The translations under genes were made by a program, and so were the position numbers. The notes beneath the pieces were generated by a model. That model did not search any database, was not told where the DNA came from, and saw only the letters and a list, made by a program, of their open reading frames with translations. Positions 24,959-34,323 of a stretch of 36,734 bases of DNA are shown one piece after another (position 1 is the stretch's first letter; each line of letters begins with the position of its first letter). This DNA is from Methanobacteriota archaeon. GTDB lineage: Archaea; Thermoplasmatota; Poseidoniia; Poseidoniales; Poseidoniaceae. The stretch spans positions 1 to 36,734 of the forward strand of contig JAACDL010000190.1 of assembly GCA_009936765.1 (NCBI GenBank), written 5' to 3'.

Positions 24959-26683
24959 ATGCCGGTGGATCCTGATACGGTCGATCTCCCGGCCAAACCA
25001 GGGGTATACCTTTTCCGTACATCGAAAGCAAGAGTACTGTACGTTGGAAAAGCAACTGTTCTTTCACAACGAATCCGTTCTTACTTTGCCTCAAACCCCG
25101 ATAGAGCAATGATTCCAGAATTAGTAAACAAAGCGGATGAAATTGAATGTATAGTAACCAACTCTCCACAAGAAGCGTTGATTCTGGAGAGGCAATTAAT
25201 CAGGCAACATAGGCCAAGATACAACTCTATGTTGAAAGATGACAAATCATATCCTTATCTCTCGCTAACCAAAGAAGAATTTCCTAGAATAATGTACACA
25301 CGCTACCCTCCAAATGACTCCTGGAAATGGGGGCCCTTTCCTAATGCGGCTGCTGCAAAACAAGTTGTTCAACTATTGAGAAGGCATTTCGGAATCAGAG
25401 ACTGCAAAGAATTGCTACCACAAGGTTGTCTAGCAATGCATATCGGGCTATGCGCAGGACCGTGTATAACCGCTGGAGATTATTCTCAAAGAGTTGCTAG
25501 CGTAAGGAGAATACTCGACGGAGATGCTACTGATTTGATCGAAGAACTCGCTCTAGAAATGGATACATTTTCAACTAATCAAGAATATGAAAGGGCTGCT
25601 TCAATTAGAGATATGATCAAGGCGGTGAGAACTGTCACAAGTCAGCAAGTGATATCTTCAACCGTATACAGAGACTGTGATGCAATTGGGATTGGTGTCA
25701 AGGGCGAACTTGCGGCAATCGTAGTCATTCATGCAGATGATGGAGCCATCAAAGGTCAGGAAGCTTGGCCGTTAATCCATCGTGGTGATGAAGGTGACTC
25801 AATCTCAAGTTTCGTCGTTGAACACTATTCAAACAGGAGACCTCCTCGACTATTACTGACTCCAATCCCACTAAATGAAACAATAGTTGAATGGCTTGCT
25901 GAACGACGAGGTTCAAATGTCGAAAATAGAACTCCATCACGTGGAGACTTTGTTACCCTAACTAATCTAGCAAGACAAAATGCTGAGATGCAAATTGAAA
26001 GAATGTCAAACAAGGCATCTGGCTCTTTGGAACAGAGAGCTGCAGATGAAGCTGCGAGATTGTTATCTATGGATTCACTTGACCATATCGTTTGTTTCGA
26101 TATGGCGCAACTACTTGGAGATTCAAGAGTCGGAGCAAGTGTCTGTCTTCGCAATGGAAGGCCTGCAAAGAAAGAATACCGCACCTATACGGTGAAAGGG
26201 GATGCTATGGATGACCTCAGAATGATGAGAGAAGTTGTCGAGCGCTGGATAAAGAGAGTTGAAGATTGGCCAGATTTATTGCTCATAGATGGAGGGGAAA
26301 CTCACCTATCCATCATCGCTAAAATGTTGGAAAAGCATGGAGTTAGGGATCGTATGCAACTAGCAAGTCTTGCTAAAAGAGAAGAAACGATTCACAGAGA
26401 AGGACTAGAAGACATTATTCTGGATAGAAGAGGCCGAGTGCTAGTTCATGCTCGTGATGAAGCGCATAGGTTTGTGAATAAATTCCATCGTAAAAGTCGA
26501 GCACAAAGTCGTTTGTCAGACCCTCTTGAAAATGTTAGCGGCCTTGGGGCTAAGAAATTACAATCCCTGATTAGGCATTTTGGCGGAAGACAAGGCATCA
26601 CTCATGCAACTGTGAAAGACCTGAAGACTGTTCCTGGGATTGGCCACTCCTTGGCCAAGAGAATTTATGATTCTCTTCACTAA
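24959..26683 (+). CDS. uvrC: Excinuclease ABC subunit C
   Basis: GIY-YIG (PGVYLF...YVGKA), LKDDKSYPY, 4-Cys region, UVR (YERAASIRD), RNase H-like domain (CFDMAQ, LIDGG, RDEAHRF), HhH pair. Confidence 0.97.
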   Translation: MPVDPDTVDLPAKPGVYLFRTSKARVLYVGKATVLSQRIRSYFASNPDRAMIPELVNKADEIECIVTNSPQEALILERQLIRQHRPRYNSMLKDDKSYPYLSLTKEEFPRIMYTRYPPNDSWKWGPFPNAAAAKQVVQLLRRHFGIRDCKELLPQGCLAMHIGLCAGPCITAGDYSQRVASVRRILDGDATDLIEELALEMDTFSTNQEYERAASIRDMIKAVRTVTSQQVISSTVYRDCDAIGIGVKGELAAIVVIHADDGAIKGQEAWPLIHRGDEGDSISSFVVEHYSNRRPPRLLLTPIPLNETIVEWLAERRGSNVENRTPSRGDFVTLTNLARQNAEMQIERMSNKASGSLEQRAADEAARLLSMDSLDHIVCFDMAQLLGDSRVGASVCLRNGRPAKKEYRTYTVKGDAMDDLRMMREVVERWIKRVEDWPDLLLIDGGETHLSIIAKMLEKHGVRDRMQLASLAKREETIHREGLEDIILDRRGRVLVHARDEAHRFVNKFHRKSRAQSRLSDPLENVSGLGAKKLQSLIRHFGGRQGITHATVKDLKTVPGIGHSLAKRIYDSLH

Positions 26684-29664
26684 TCCCATTTGTCGCCGTA
26701 CAAATTATCATCATCGTACATGTTAAAATCGCCACTACTTGGAGTAGAAGGGTCATATCCTGTGCTTAGTGAATTGAAATCAGAATCAGAAAGTCCTCCT
26801 TTACCACTTGAAACAATCTTGTTTTCTGTAGCATTAAGTGCCTGGTTCTTTCTTTTCTTCTTCTTCCTTCTAGCTCTAACCCGCCAAATAATCAATGACA
26901 ATAGAATTGTTGGATAAATCCAAATTTGCATAAACACAAACCACCATGATACTTTGACACTGAAGACAAATTCATCACCTGCAGTGAAAGACTCAAGAGA
27001 GATTGTAATCTTCTGTCGCCCATCATCAGTAGTTACTTCTTCCCAGCCGTTTGCCGTTTGGAAGTTTTCTAGGGTGATGCCATCTGGAAGAACGAATGTA
27101 ATTTCTCCACGCAATTCCGACTCGGTTTCTTCATGTTCGATTTCAGTAGATTCTATCTTAAATTCGAAAGGTGCGCCATTATTATCTGCTGTTAATCCAG
27201 AGCCACCCATTTGTAAAAATTGTAATCCAAAATTAGTGAATGCATTGCTGAAAGAATTAGCCATATTGATTATTGGAGAGTAAAATGCGGTTGTGATTCC
27301 GACTGTTGGGTCCCCATTTGTGATTCCACCCCAACCATTTGTAACACCCGCTTCCATAGTAAATTCCGGTATTCTAACAGATAACCTGATTGGAGTTTCA
27401 TCACCCATTGAGGCTCCGATATTTCCTAAGTTTTCTAAGGATGTAATAATCTGAATCCCAGACAAATCTAATTCAGCATTATCATTTTTTGCGCTTATTT
27501 CTTTGGCTTCCCGATGGATGTTTTCGGTTAATTCTTGACCAAGATCATCTATGAAATCTTCAAGGCCACTAGTTGTCAATTCGATTGTAGCATTCTCATC
27601 CCCACCTAAATCCACTTCTTCAAAATGGGGCTCAATCAGTCTGTCAGTGATATCTAGTCCTAAACGAATTAAATCTGAAGGGATTACCTCCATGGTAATT
27701 GTTGTATTTTCAGATTGCATTTTATCTAATACTTTATCTGGAATTTTTACTCTGTATACATCTATAGTTGCTGTGAAAGATGCTGTAACATCAATACTTG
27801 GGCCCCACTCGTTGAAGTCTAAGTCACTGACATCAAAGTCAACATCGAGATCTATACATGACCAATCTGCTCTATCGGCAGAACATATTTCGTTGTCATC
27901 ATCATCCAGAATGGCATGCCTAGGATCGTATGCATTCGGTCCAGACATAGATATTCCAAGTTCGTCCAAACCATTGGTTCTTTCAACCAAAATGATTGAT
28001 GATTCTCCAGTGGCGGCTTGCATCCATACCGGCAAAATCAACTCAAGGGTCAGCTCTGTGGGAGGAAGTTCACTCGGAATCATTTTTTGTAAAAGGTCCT
28101 GCCCGAATTGAGATTCAATACTCAAGCCGGAGTCTAGTAGTTTCTTCAAATCACTTTCCTGAATTACATCCAAAATCCCTGTTGAATCGTTTATTTCCTG
28201 TTTTAGTAAATCGAGAATATGTAATTCAAATGAATTCGATGAAGCCCGAAGGTAAATTGGATTGTTACCGTCCATAGCATTGGGTCCTTCAATACAATAG
28301 TTCACCACCGTACCCGGAGGCAACGTTTCAGGACATCCAGAATGAGTATGATTCAGGCCCCCCGAAGGTTCAGGTATACCAATTGCTATCGAATTTGAAA
28401 CCCATGTTGGACTATTTATTTCGACTGAGCCTACACCTGGCACTGCATCTTCTACTGCATTACCGACTCTATCCATAGGGAAATTATCAGCGAAGTCGTC
28501 TAATTCAATCAAGTCATTGTGATAAGCCAATCGGATACCGTCAGATGTAACCCACGGAACCTTAGCATTTTGAGTTACGTCAACCAAAGAAATACCCCAG
28601 TCATCCATAGTACTCTTATCGATGTGGTTAATTCCTGCAATGATATCTATCCATGCCGAGTTTTCATCCGACATATCTAGAGTGACGTCCAAGGTAATAC
28701 CTGTATCCAAAGGAGTTACTTCTACGCTGCTAGTCTGAGTTGAATTACGATGGCCGATCTCAACACTAACATCTTGAGAGATTCGTTCCCCCAATATTGG
28801 TGCATCCAAATTGTCGATTAACCATTGAGCAGCCAGATATGATGGAGGGCCAGCTCTGATAACTTGAACTCCTCCAGAATCAACACCTTTCACTGTTGCG
28901 AAATCTGGTGGATTAATCACGAATACTGAGGAATGGCCAGGTTCGCTAAACAACTCGAATTCAGATGTTATGTCCGAGCCCATTACTAGCATACCACGGT
29001 ATACTCGATCAAGAGTCAAAGGGTCCACAGTACCAAGGTTGAAGGTCGAAGTTGATAATGAGACAGTTGCTGACACTGTGAAGCATATTGGAGGGTCAAA
29101 TACATTGTTTGAGAGTCCACCCTCAGCTGCAGTATCAGTGTTAGGGTCATCGCTACATGTCGTGGTTATTCCAGAGTTTGAAATTGAATTAACGTAATCT
29201 GTAGAGATTTCATTTACAGTTCCAAAACCATTACCAAGCAACTCCTCAATAGTATCGTTAACCTCTGAAACTAACTTTTCCTTGACGGTAGGAGTGCCTG
29301 CACCAGCGGTTGTTTGATCGAAGTAATTACGAATGAGGTCGGCAGGTGCACCATCTTGTGCACTCATTCCTTCGGCCGCTAATGCTGCATTCATGGCAGC
29401 ACCATCCAGACCTAATGTGGAACGGTTGAACTCATATAATGCCCAAGACATTTCCATCTCAATAGTTGAGGTGTCTACCAAATCGAACTCGTAAACTCCT
29501 TCAATCCAATCTTGTTGGTTTTCAGTACCATCATCTGCTTTATCCCAAGTATCACAGACTCCGCCGTTGATAGTACATGCTTGCATTCCAGTTGCACTAG
29601 CAAGAGGTGCTAGAATTGAAATTGCAAATAAGAAAATTAGAGAAAATGCTAGTCTCGACTTCAT
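26680..29664 (-). CDS. Large type I membrane/surface protein with three internal ~290-aa repeats
   Basis: Signal peptide MKSRLAFSLIFLFAISILAPLASA (start 29664); repeated [AS]D[LG]IR motifs; C-terminal TM then RARRKKKKRK and an acidic tail. Confidence 0.8.
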   Translation of the reverse strand: MKSRLAFSLIFLFAISILAPLASATGMQACTINGGVCDTWDKADDGTENQQDWIEGVYEFDLVDTSTIEMEMSWALYEFNRSTLGLDGAAMNAALAAEGMSAQDGAPADLIRNYFDQTTAGAGTPTVKEKLVSEVNDTIEELLGNGFGTVNEISTDYVNSISNSGITTTCSDDPNTDTAAEGGLSNNVFDPPICFTVSATVSLSTSTFNLGTVDPLTLDRVYRGMLVMGSDITSEFELFSEPGHSSVFVINPPDFATVKGVDSGGVQVIRAGPPSYLAAQWLIDNLDAPILGERISQDVSVEIGHRNSTQTSSVEVTPLDTGITLDVTLDMSDENSAWIDIIAGINHIDKSTMDDWGISLVDVTQNAKVPWVTSDGIRLAYHNDLIELDDFADNFPMDRVGNAVEDAVPGVGSVEINSPTWVSNSIAIGIPEPSGGLNHTHSGCPETLPPGTVVNYCIEGPNAMDGNNPIYLRASSNSFELHILDLLKQEINDSTGILDVIQESDLKKLLDSGLSIESQFGQDLLQKMIPSELPPTELTLELILPVWMQAATGESSIILVERTNGLDELGISMSGPNAYDPRHAILDDDDNEICSADRADWSCIDLDVDFDVSDLDFNEWGPSIDVTASFTATIDVYRVKIPDKVLDKMQSENTTITMEVIPSDLIRLGLDITDRLIEPHFEEVDLGGDENATIELTTSGLEDFIDDLGQELTENIHREAKEISAKNDNAELDLSGIQIITSLENLGNIGASMGDETPIRLSVRIPEFTMEAGVTNGWGGITNGDPTVGITTAFYSPIINMANSFSNAFTNFGLQFLQMGGSGLTADNNGAPFEFKIESTEIEHEETESELRGEITFVLPDGITLENFQTANGWEEVTTDDGRQKITISLESFTAGDEFVFSVKVSWWFVFMQIWIYPTILLSLIIWRVRARRKKKKRKNQALNATENKIVSSGKGGLSDSDFNSLSTGYDPSTPSSGDFNMYDDDNLYGDKWD

Positions 29665-29722
29665 GCTACCACCCATTCCTACACTGGGACATTTAACATG
29701 GTTTGCCAACCTGCAGTCAATT

Positions 29723-30697
29723 GTGACCCTCTCTTACGCATACTTGTGTGGTCGAGATGTGGCCTCAGATGAGTACCAACGTCTGAAGGATGAAGGAAAA
29801 ATAAATTCTAATTTGAAGCCGATGCCTTACAAAGAAATGATAGCAATACCTGTTTTGGATGGTGAGTTAAAGTTGAAATTTGATTGTGTTGAAAGGCACA
29901 ATCCCCATGAGAGACTAGAGCTGATTTTGGATGAGCCTCCTCGCAGATGGGAAAAACTGGGAGACATGGTCATATTCCAGAATGGAACAGATACTACAGA
30001 TTGGCCCTTAGAGAAAGTTGCTATTGCCCTTGGTGCTAAACGTATAGCGATTCAGGGAGAAATAGACTCTGGAATAAGAAGGAAGTCTCAGTTAGAACTG
30101 ATCTATGGTGAAGACGGATGGGTAGTGCATAGAGAGAATTTTGTTGAATATGAATTCGATGCCACGGCCGTCATGTTCTCATCTGGGAATGTCACAGAGA
30201 GAAGAAGAATGGGTGAGTTACAAACTGAAGGAGAAATAATTGTCGATGCTTACTGCGGTATTGGCTACTACACATTGCAATTCCTAACTCGCGGTAAGGC
30301 AGAGCATGTTCATGCTTGTGAGATAAATCCAGACAGCATTTTGGCACTAAGTAAAGGTTTACAGAGAAATTTTGTCTCAGACAAATGCACGATATATGAA
30401 GGAGATAATCGTGATACTATGAAGCAATTATCTGGAATTGCAGACAGAGTAATCCTTGGGCTAATCCCTTCATCGATGAAAACATGGGGATTAGCGATTA
30501 ACTGTCTGAAACAAGAGGGTGGAGTAATTCACGTACACATGAATGTTCATGAAGATGAGATTGAAGAATGGGCTGAAAAAACAACTGAATGGTTTTCCAC
30601 TGTAAGTGGTAAAGTTGCTACACGTATTCATTTAGAAGACGTCAAACAATATTGCCCACGCATCAGACATATTGTTCTAGATTTGAAAATTAGTTAA
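29723..30697 (+). CDS. taw2: tRNA wyosine-pathway aminocarboxypropyltransferase TYW2/Taw2 (Met-10+/Trm5 superfamily)
   Basis: HRENFVEYEFD, MFSSGNVTERRRM, DAYCGIGYYT, ACEINP, GDNR, ADRVILGLIPSS, IHVHMNV. GTG 29723 is an inferred start. Confidence 0.8.
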   Translation: MTLSYAYLCGRDVASDEYQRLKDEGKINSNLKPMPYKEMIAIPVLDGELKLKFDCVERHNPHERLELILDEPPRRWEKLGDMVIFQNGTDTTDWPLEKVAIALGAKRIAIQGEIDSGIRRKSQLELIYGEDGWVVHRENFVEYEFDATAVMFSSGNVTERRRMGELQTEGEIIVDAYCGIGYYTLQFLTRGKAEHVHACEINPDSILALSKGLQRNFVSDKCTIYEGDNRDTMKQLSGIADRVILGLIPSSMKTWGLAINCLKQEGGVIHVHMNVHEDEIEEWAEKTTEWFSTVSGKVATRIHLEDVKQYCPRIRHIVLDLKIS

Positions 30698-31620
30698 TCT
30701 TCCGGGCCCAGAAGAATTGCATCTGGCTCTTCTTCTCTACTACCTACGAAAATCACGTAACTAGCAATGCAAACCCCGATTATAACCATTGAGATTGTTA
30801 CTTTCCCTGCTGTTGTTGAAAAGAAAGATTGCGTTTCAACAACTTCAGAATCCGCATCTCCAGGAATCACTCCAATCATTTCAACATTCGAAATATGTAC
30901 TTCCCAAATAGGCCTTCCTGCAGAAGAAGCAGGGTTTACTACAATCTCTTCTCCAGTTGGGTCATCTGATGTTGGCACCGTTGCAATTGCTCTTACATGG
31001 CTCATTCCATTTCTTACAATTCCAAATGTGACATATCCTTCATCCTCCCTGTTTTCAGGGTCTAATTGATGTGCTTCTGTTTCGGCGATATACCACTGGG
31101 AGTCTGCACTATCGGGGTCTTGCCCGCGTGCCATACCAATAGCGCCATCTACATGAGACAATTTCTCATGGTGCTCCATGTCCAAATTTTCTCCTGTTCC
31201 TCCACTGCCGCATTGTGCACTTGTAGCCGGATAAACTGCAACTGTTTTGCAAGTAGGGTCTCCTGCTTGAGCTACGAAATCATCAATCACTCTGTGGAAG
31301 AAAATACCATTATAGATATCAGCCTCAACATTCTTGATCATATTTGTTGTAGTTTCAGGAGCCCATTCTTCGAATAATTCAATCACGATTTCACCTTGTA
31401 CTGATGCACCAAGGTGGCTAGGTTTGTATTCGACTTCGATTACCAATACTGCATCGCCTGCTCGAGGCTCATCCATAGGCGAACCTTCTAATTCTGGTCC
31501 ATCAATCCAACCCGACATATCGACTTCGAATTCTCTCCAGTCTCCATCTCCGGTCTCATAATTTGCACCAGCAATTGGACTCAGAACGAGCACGCTTAGC
31601 AGAATTGCAATGGCTCGCAT
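30694..31620 (-). CDS. Cyclophilin-type peptidyl-prolyl isomerase, exported and C-terminally membrane anchored
   Basis: APETTTN, YNGIFFHRVIDDFVAQAGDP, GAIGMAR, SADSQWYI, YVTFGIVRNGM; signal peptide from ATG 31620; C-terminal TM. Confidence 0.92.
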   Translation of the reverse strand: MRAIAILLSVLVLSPIAGANYETGDGDWREFEVDMSGWIDGPELEGSPMDEPRAGDAVLVIEVEYKPSHLGASVQGEIVIELFEEWAPETTTNMIKNVEADIYNGIFFHRVIDDFVAQAGDPTCKTVAVYPATSAQCGSGGTGENLDMEHHEKLSHVDGAIGMARGQDPDSADSQWYIAETEAHQLDPENREDEGYVTFGIVRNGMSHVRAIATVPTSDDPTGEEIVVNPASSAGRPIWEVHISNVEMIGVIPGDADSEVVETQSFFSTTAGKVTISMVIIGVCIASYVIFVGSREEEPDAILLGPED

Positions 31621-31651
31621 GTAACACTCCAATCATTCAAACATCATGAAA

Positions 31652-32038
31652 TCATTCTTGACGTGCTTTTCTTGCATGGATGAAAGATTGTACACAGAAA
31701 TAGGTGTATGCTGAGCCTGTTAATAGTAGCATTAGCATCGAACCTGATGCGTAATTACTCCCGTCAGACATGACCATGAAAAAGCGAGTCCCCCCTAATG
31801 CGCACAATAATCCAAAAGTTGCAGCAATATGCATCCACAACTTCCTTTTCTCAGGAATCTTTGCAGCAAGAATACCAGACAAAAGAAGAGGTATTCCTAA
31901 CAAGGACGGGAAGAAAGATGTTATCGAGTCAGAATCGGAAACTACTGATATTACGATTCCCCAAATAATCAGAAAGCCGCCATATCCAGAAGTTATAGTC
32001 GGAATTGTCTGGCCTGCCACTGTATACTGCTCGCTCAT
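31652..32038 (-). CDS. Small 4-TM membrane protein (TMEM14-like)
   Basis: YGGFLIIWG...SITSFFPSLLG...RKLWMHIA...SFIHARKAR; four hydrophobic segments. Confidence 0.7.
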   Translation of the reverse strand: MSEQYTVAGQTIPTITSGYGGFLIIWGIVISVVSDSDSITSFFPSLLGIPLLLSGILAAKIPEKRKLWMHIAATFGLLCALGGTRFFMVMSDGSNYASGSMLMLLLTGSAYTYFCVQSFIHARKARQE

Positions 32039-32125
32039 GATTGGCGCTAAGTTAGCAACTCTTTGATGATTTGTGTCATGAACGGCTCTAGAGAAGGCTG
32101 ATGAGTGAGATTCTCATCGTCTCTC

Positions 32126-33979
32126 ATGATGGAAGACGAAGTATTCGATGCAGAAATCATCCCAACCGGGGATGGTGGAGCACTCAATATCACCTTCGCT
32201 GCAACAATTGCAGTGTCTATCGTGTTTCTTATTTTGGGGACAAGTTTCGGAGAAGTTGTTCTAGAAAATGATAATTCTGAACAGTCATATGAGTGGTGGC
32301 AAACCCCACTACAAGACCGCCATAACATGGATTTAGACCTAACACAAATGCGATCAGTATTACCTGTAAATGGTACCTATGATATTCTAACATACACAGA
32401 ACATTTTGTCTCTGTCGAATTGCCTGCTTCTGAAGAGGATGCAGGTTTCCCTGAGGAAGATGTTATGCATGTTGCTTTGTGGTTGCCAGATGTGCCTGAA
32501 GGACAAGAAGTGCCTGTAATCATGACAATTCACCCGTACTATGACTTCGGCGGTGAAGGAATGCCAGGAGTTGGTGAAGACTCCAATCCGAACACAGTTC
32601 CCGATGGAGGTATTGGTGCTTGGGTATACGATAATTTCATCTCTCACGGATATGCACTCGCACAAGCTTCAACTTTTGGAACTGGCAAATCTACTCACTG
32701 TCAAGATGTCAAAGGCTTAGGTGAGCAAACCGGAATACAAGCAGTAGTTGATTGGCTTGGTGAACAAGAGTGGTCTAACGGTAATGTTGGACTAATGGGC
32801 AAATCATATGCGGGTACAACCAACTGGGAAGCCGCACAGAATCCTTCAGAACACCTGAAGACAATTGTTCCAATTTCGGGCTCAATTGGGGTACAAGAAA
32901 TGTTCTATCGAAACGGTTCTAGTGAGTTTAGAGCCCTAGGTTATGATGCAGCATATCAGGCTGCAACTAGTGATCTCACAACTGATGAGTTGAGAGTTTG
33001 CCAAGATGATTTAACAGGTCCACTAAATCCGTTTACCACCCAACTATGGGCTCAATATGGCGGGGCTGAGTGGAATGACTACTGGGATGAAAGAAGGCAT
33101 TTACCCGATGTATTAGAGAATTACAAAGGGAGCGTATACCTAGTTTGGGGAATGCAAGATTGGAATGTAGACCCATACCATGCATTCCCGACATATCAGT
33201 TGTTGAGAGATGCAGGTATTCCGGCTAGAGGAATTATGGGCCAATGGGCTCACAATTATCCAGACCAACCTGACCGCCATGGAGAATTAACATCAGGATA
33301 TGGAGCGGAAGCATATCCACAAATGAGCAGAATGGATTGGGCAGTAGACCTATTTGCATGGTTCGAATACTGGCTCAAGGATAACGGTCCAATGCCTGAT
33401 TTGCATGTTCAAATGCAGCGTAATGATGGTAAGTGGCACGTAGAAGATACTTGGCCACCAGAGGATTTCGAATGGGAGACTATACCATTGGACCAGACAA
33501 CTGCAACAGGTAATACTGTTAGTGCAACATCTGAAATGACAATTACAATACCAGCATCTGATGAAGATAGATTCATCTCAGGTCTACCGACTCTTCACCT
33601 TTCAGTAACAACAGGATTGTGCGATGGAGGGCAGGTTTTTGCAACCATGTATGACTCAACCTCCGGTCTTCGAATAGGTCATGGCACAATGGATGTCAGA
33701 TACAGAGATGGTGGCCATGAAGCGAAAATTGTTACTCCTTTCACCGACTACCTAATGCTAATGGAATTCAATCCAATAGACGCCCTCATACCTGCAGGAA
33801 ATGAGATTTCGATAGTACTTACAGAAAGTGGAGAAGACTACCTTCCTAGTGCTTGTACAGCAATAGGGATGGGAATTAACGCAGACTCATCTTCAACATT
33901 GAGTTTACCTTTAATCGAGAGAAGTGAAAATGCACCTGAATGGTTCGAGGTCCCTAATTGGTGGGATGTTGAAGAATGA
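32126..33979 (+). CDS. CocE/NonD family (peptidase S15, X-Pro dipeptidyl-peptidase-like) serine hydrolase with N-terminal signal anchor
   Basis: VPVIMTIHPY, GTGKSTHC, WSNGNVGLMGKSYAG (nucleophile GxSYxG), GMQDWNV (Asp), GQWAH (His), C-terminal jelly-roll. Start 32126 or 32129. Confidence 0.9.
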   Translation: MMEDEVFDAEIIPTGDGGALNITFAATIAVSIVFLILGTSFGEVVLENDNSEQSYEWWQTPLQDRHNMDLDLTQMRSVLPVNGTYDILTYTEHFVSVELPASEEDAGFPEEDVMHVALWLPDVPEGQEVPVIMTIHPYYDFGGEGMPGVGEDSNPNTVPDGGIGAWVYDNFISHGYALAQASTFGTGKSTHCQDVKGLGEQTGIQAVVDWLGEQEWSNGNVGLMGKSYAGTTNWEAAQNPSEHLKTIVPISGSIGVQEMFYRNGSSEFRALGYDAAYQAATSDLTTDELRVCQDDLTGPLNPFTTQLWAQYGGAEWNDYWDERRHLPDVLENYKGSVYLVWGMQDWNVDPYHAFPTYQLLRDAGIPARGIMGQWAHNYPDQPDRHGELTSGYGAEAYPQMSRMDWAVDLFAWFEYWLKDNGPMPDLHVQMQRNDGKWHVEDTWPPEDFEWETIPLDQTTATGNTVSATSEMTITIPASDEDRFISGLPTLHLSVTTGLCDGGQVFATMYDSTSGLRIGHGTMDVRYRDGGHEAKIVTPFTDYLMLMEFNPIDALIPAGNEISIVLTESGEDYLPSACTAIGMGINADSSSTLSLPLIERSENAPEWFEVPNWWDVEE

Positions 33980-34323
33980 AGGTTCTAGCCTTCGAGGATT
34001 CTGTTGACATTGAAGCGCTTCTCATAAGTGGCGGCGTCAACATGGCAAATGTTGAATTTAAACAGTATTGGGATTCACAGGATTGTTTAGAACGCATCTC
34101 AAAGTATTCACCAGACATACTGTTACTCGACCACTATATGCCTCCAATCAAAGGATTGGATGTGTTGAGAAAGTTGCTTGCATCTGAGATTGATAGGCCA
34201 GTTACAATAATCGCAATGAGTTCAGCAAGCATGGCAAATAATGCAATGCTGAAAATTGGAGCTGACATTGGGATTGTCAAATTTGAACTAGCGACACTAG
34301 ATGTTTGGAATACTCACTCGTGA
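33976..34323 (+). CDS. Stand-alone response-regulator receiver (CheY-like) protein
   Basis: KVLAFEDS, PDILLLDHYMPPIKGLDVL (phospho-Asp), IIAMSS, GAD...VK; ATGA overlap with the CocE gene. Confidence 0.88.
   Translation: MKVLAFEDSVDIEALLISGGVNMANVEFKQYWDSQDCLERISKYSPDILLLDHYMPPIKGLDVLRKLLASEIDRPVTIIAMSSASMANNAMLKIGADIGIVKFELATLDVWNTHS

Noticed and set aside
29567..29722. N-terminal extensions of TYW2 (29567) and of the repeat protein (29709)
   Set aside because: They would overlap head-to-head; the signal peptide and domain starts favour 29664 and about 29723.
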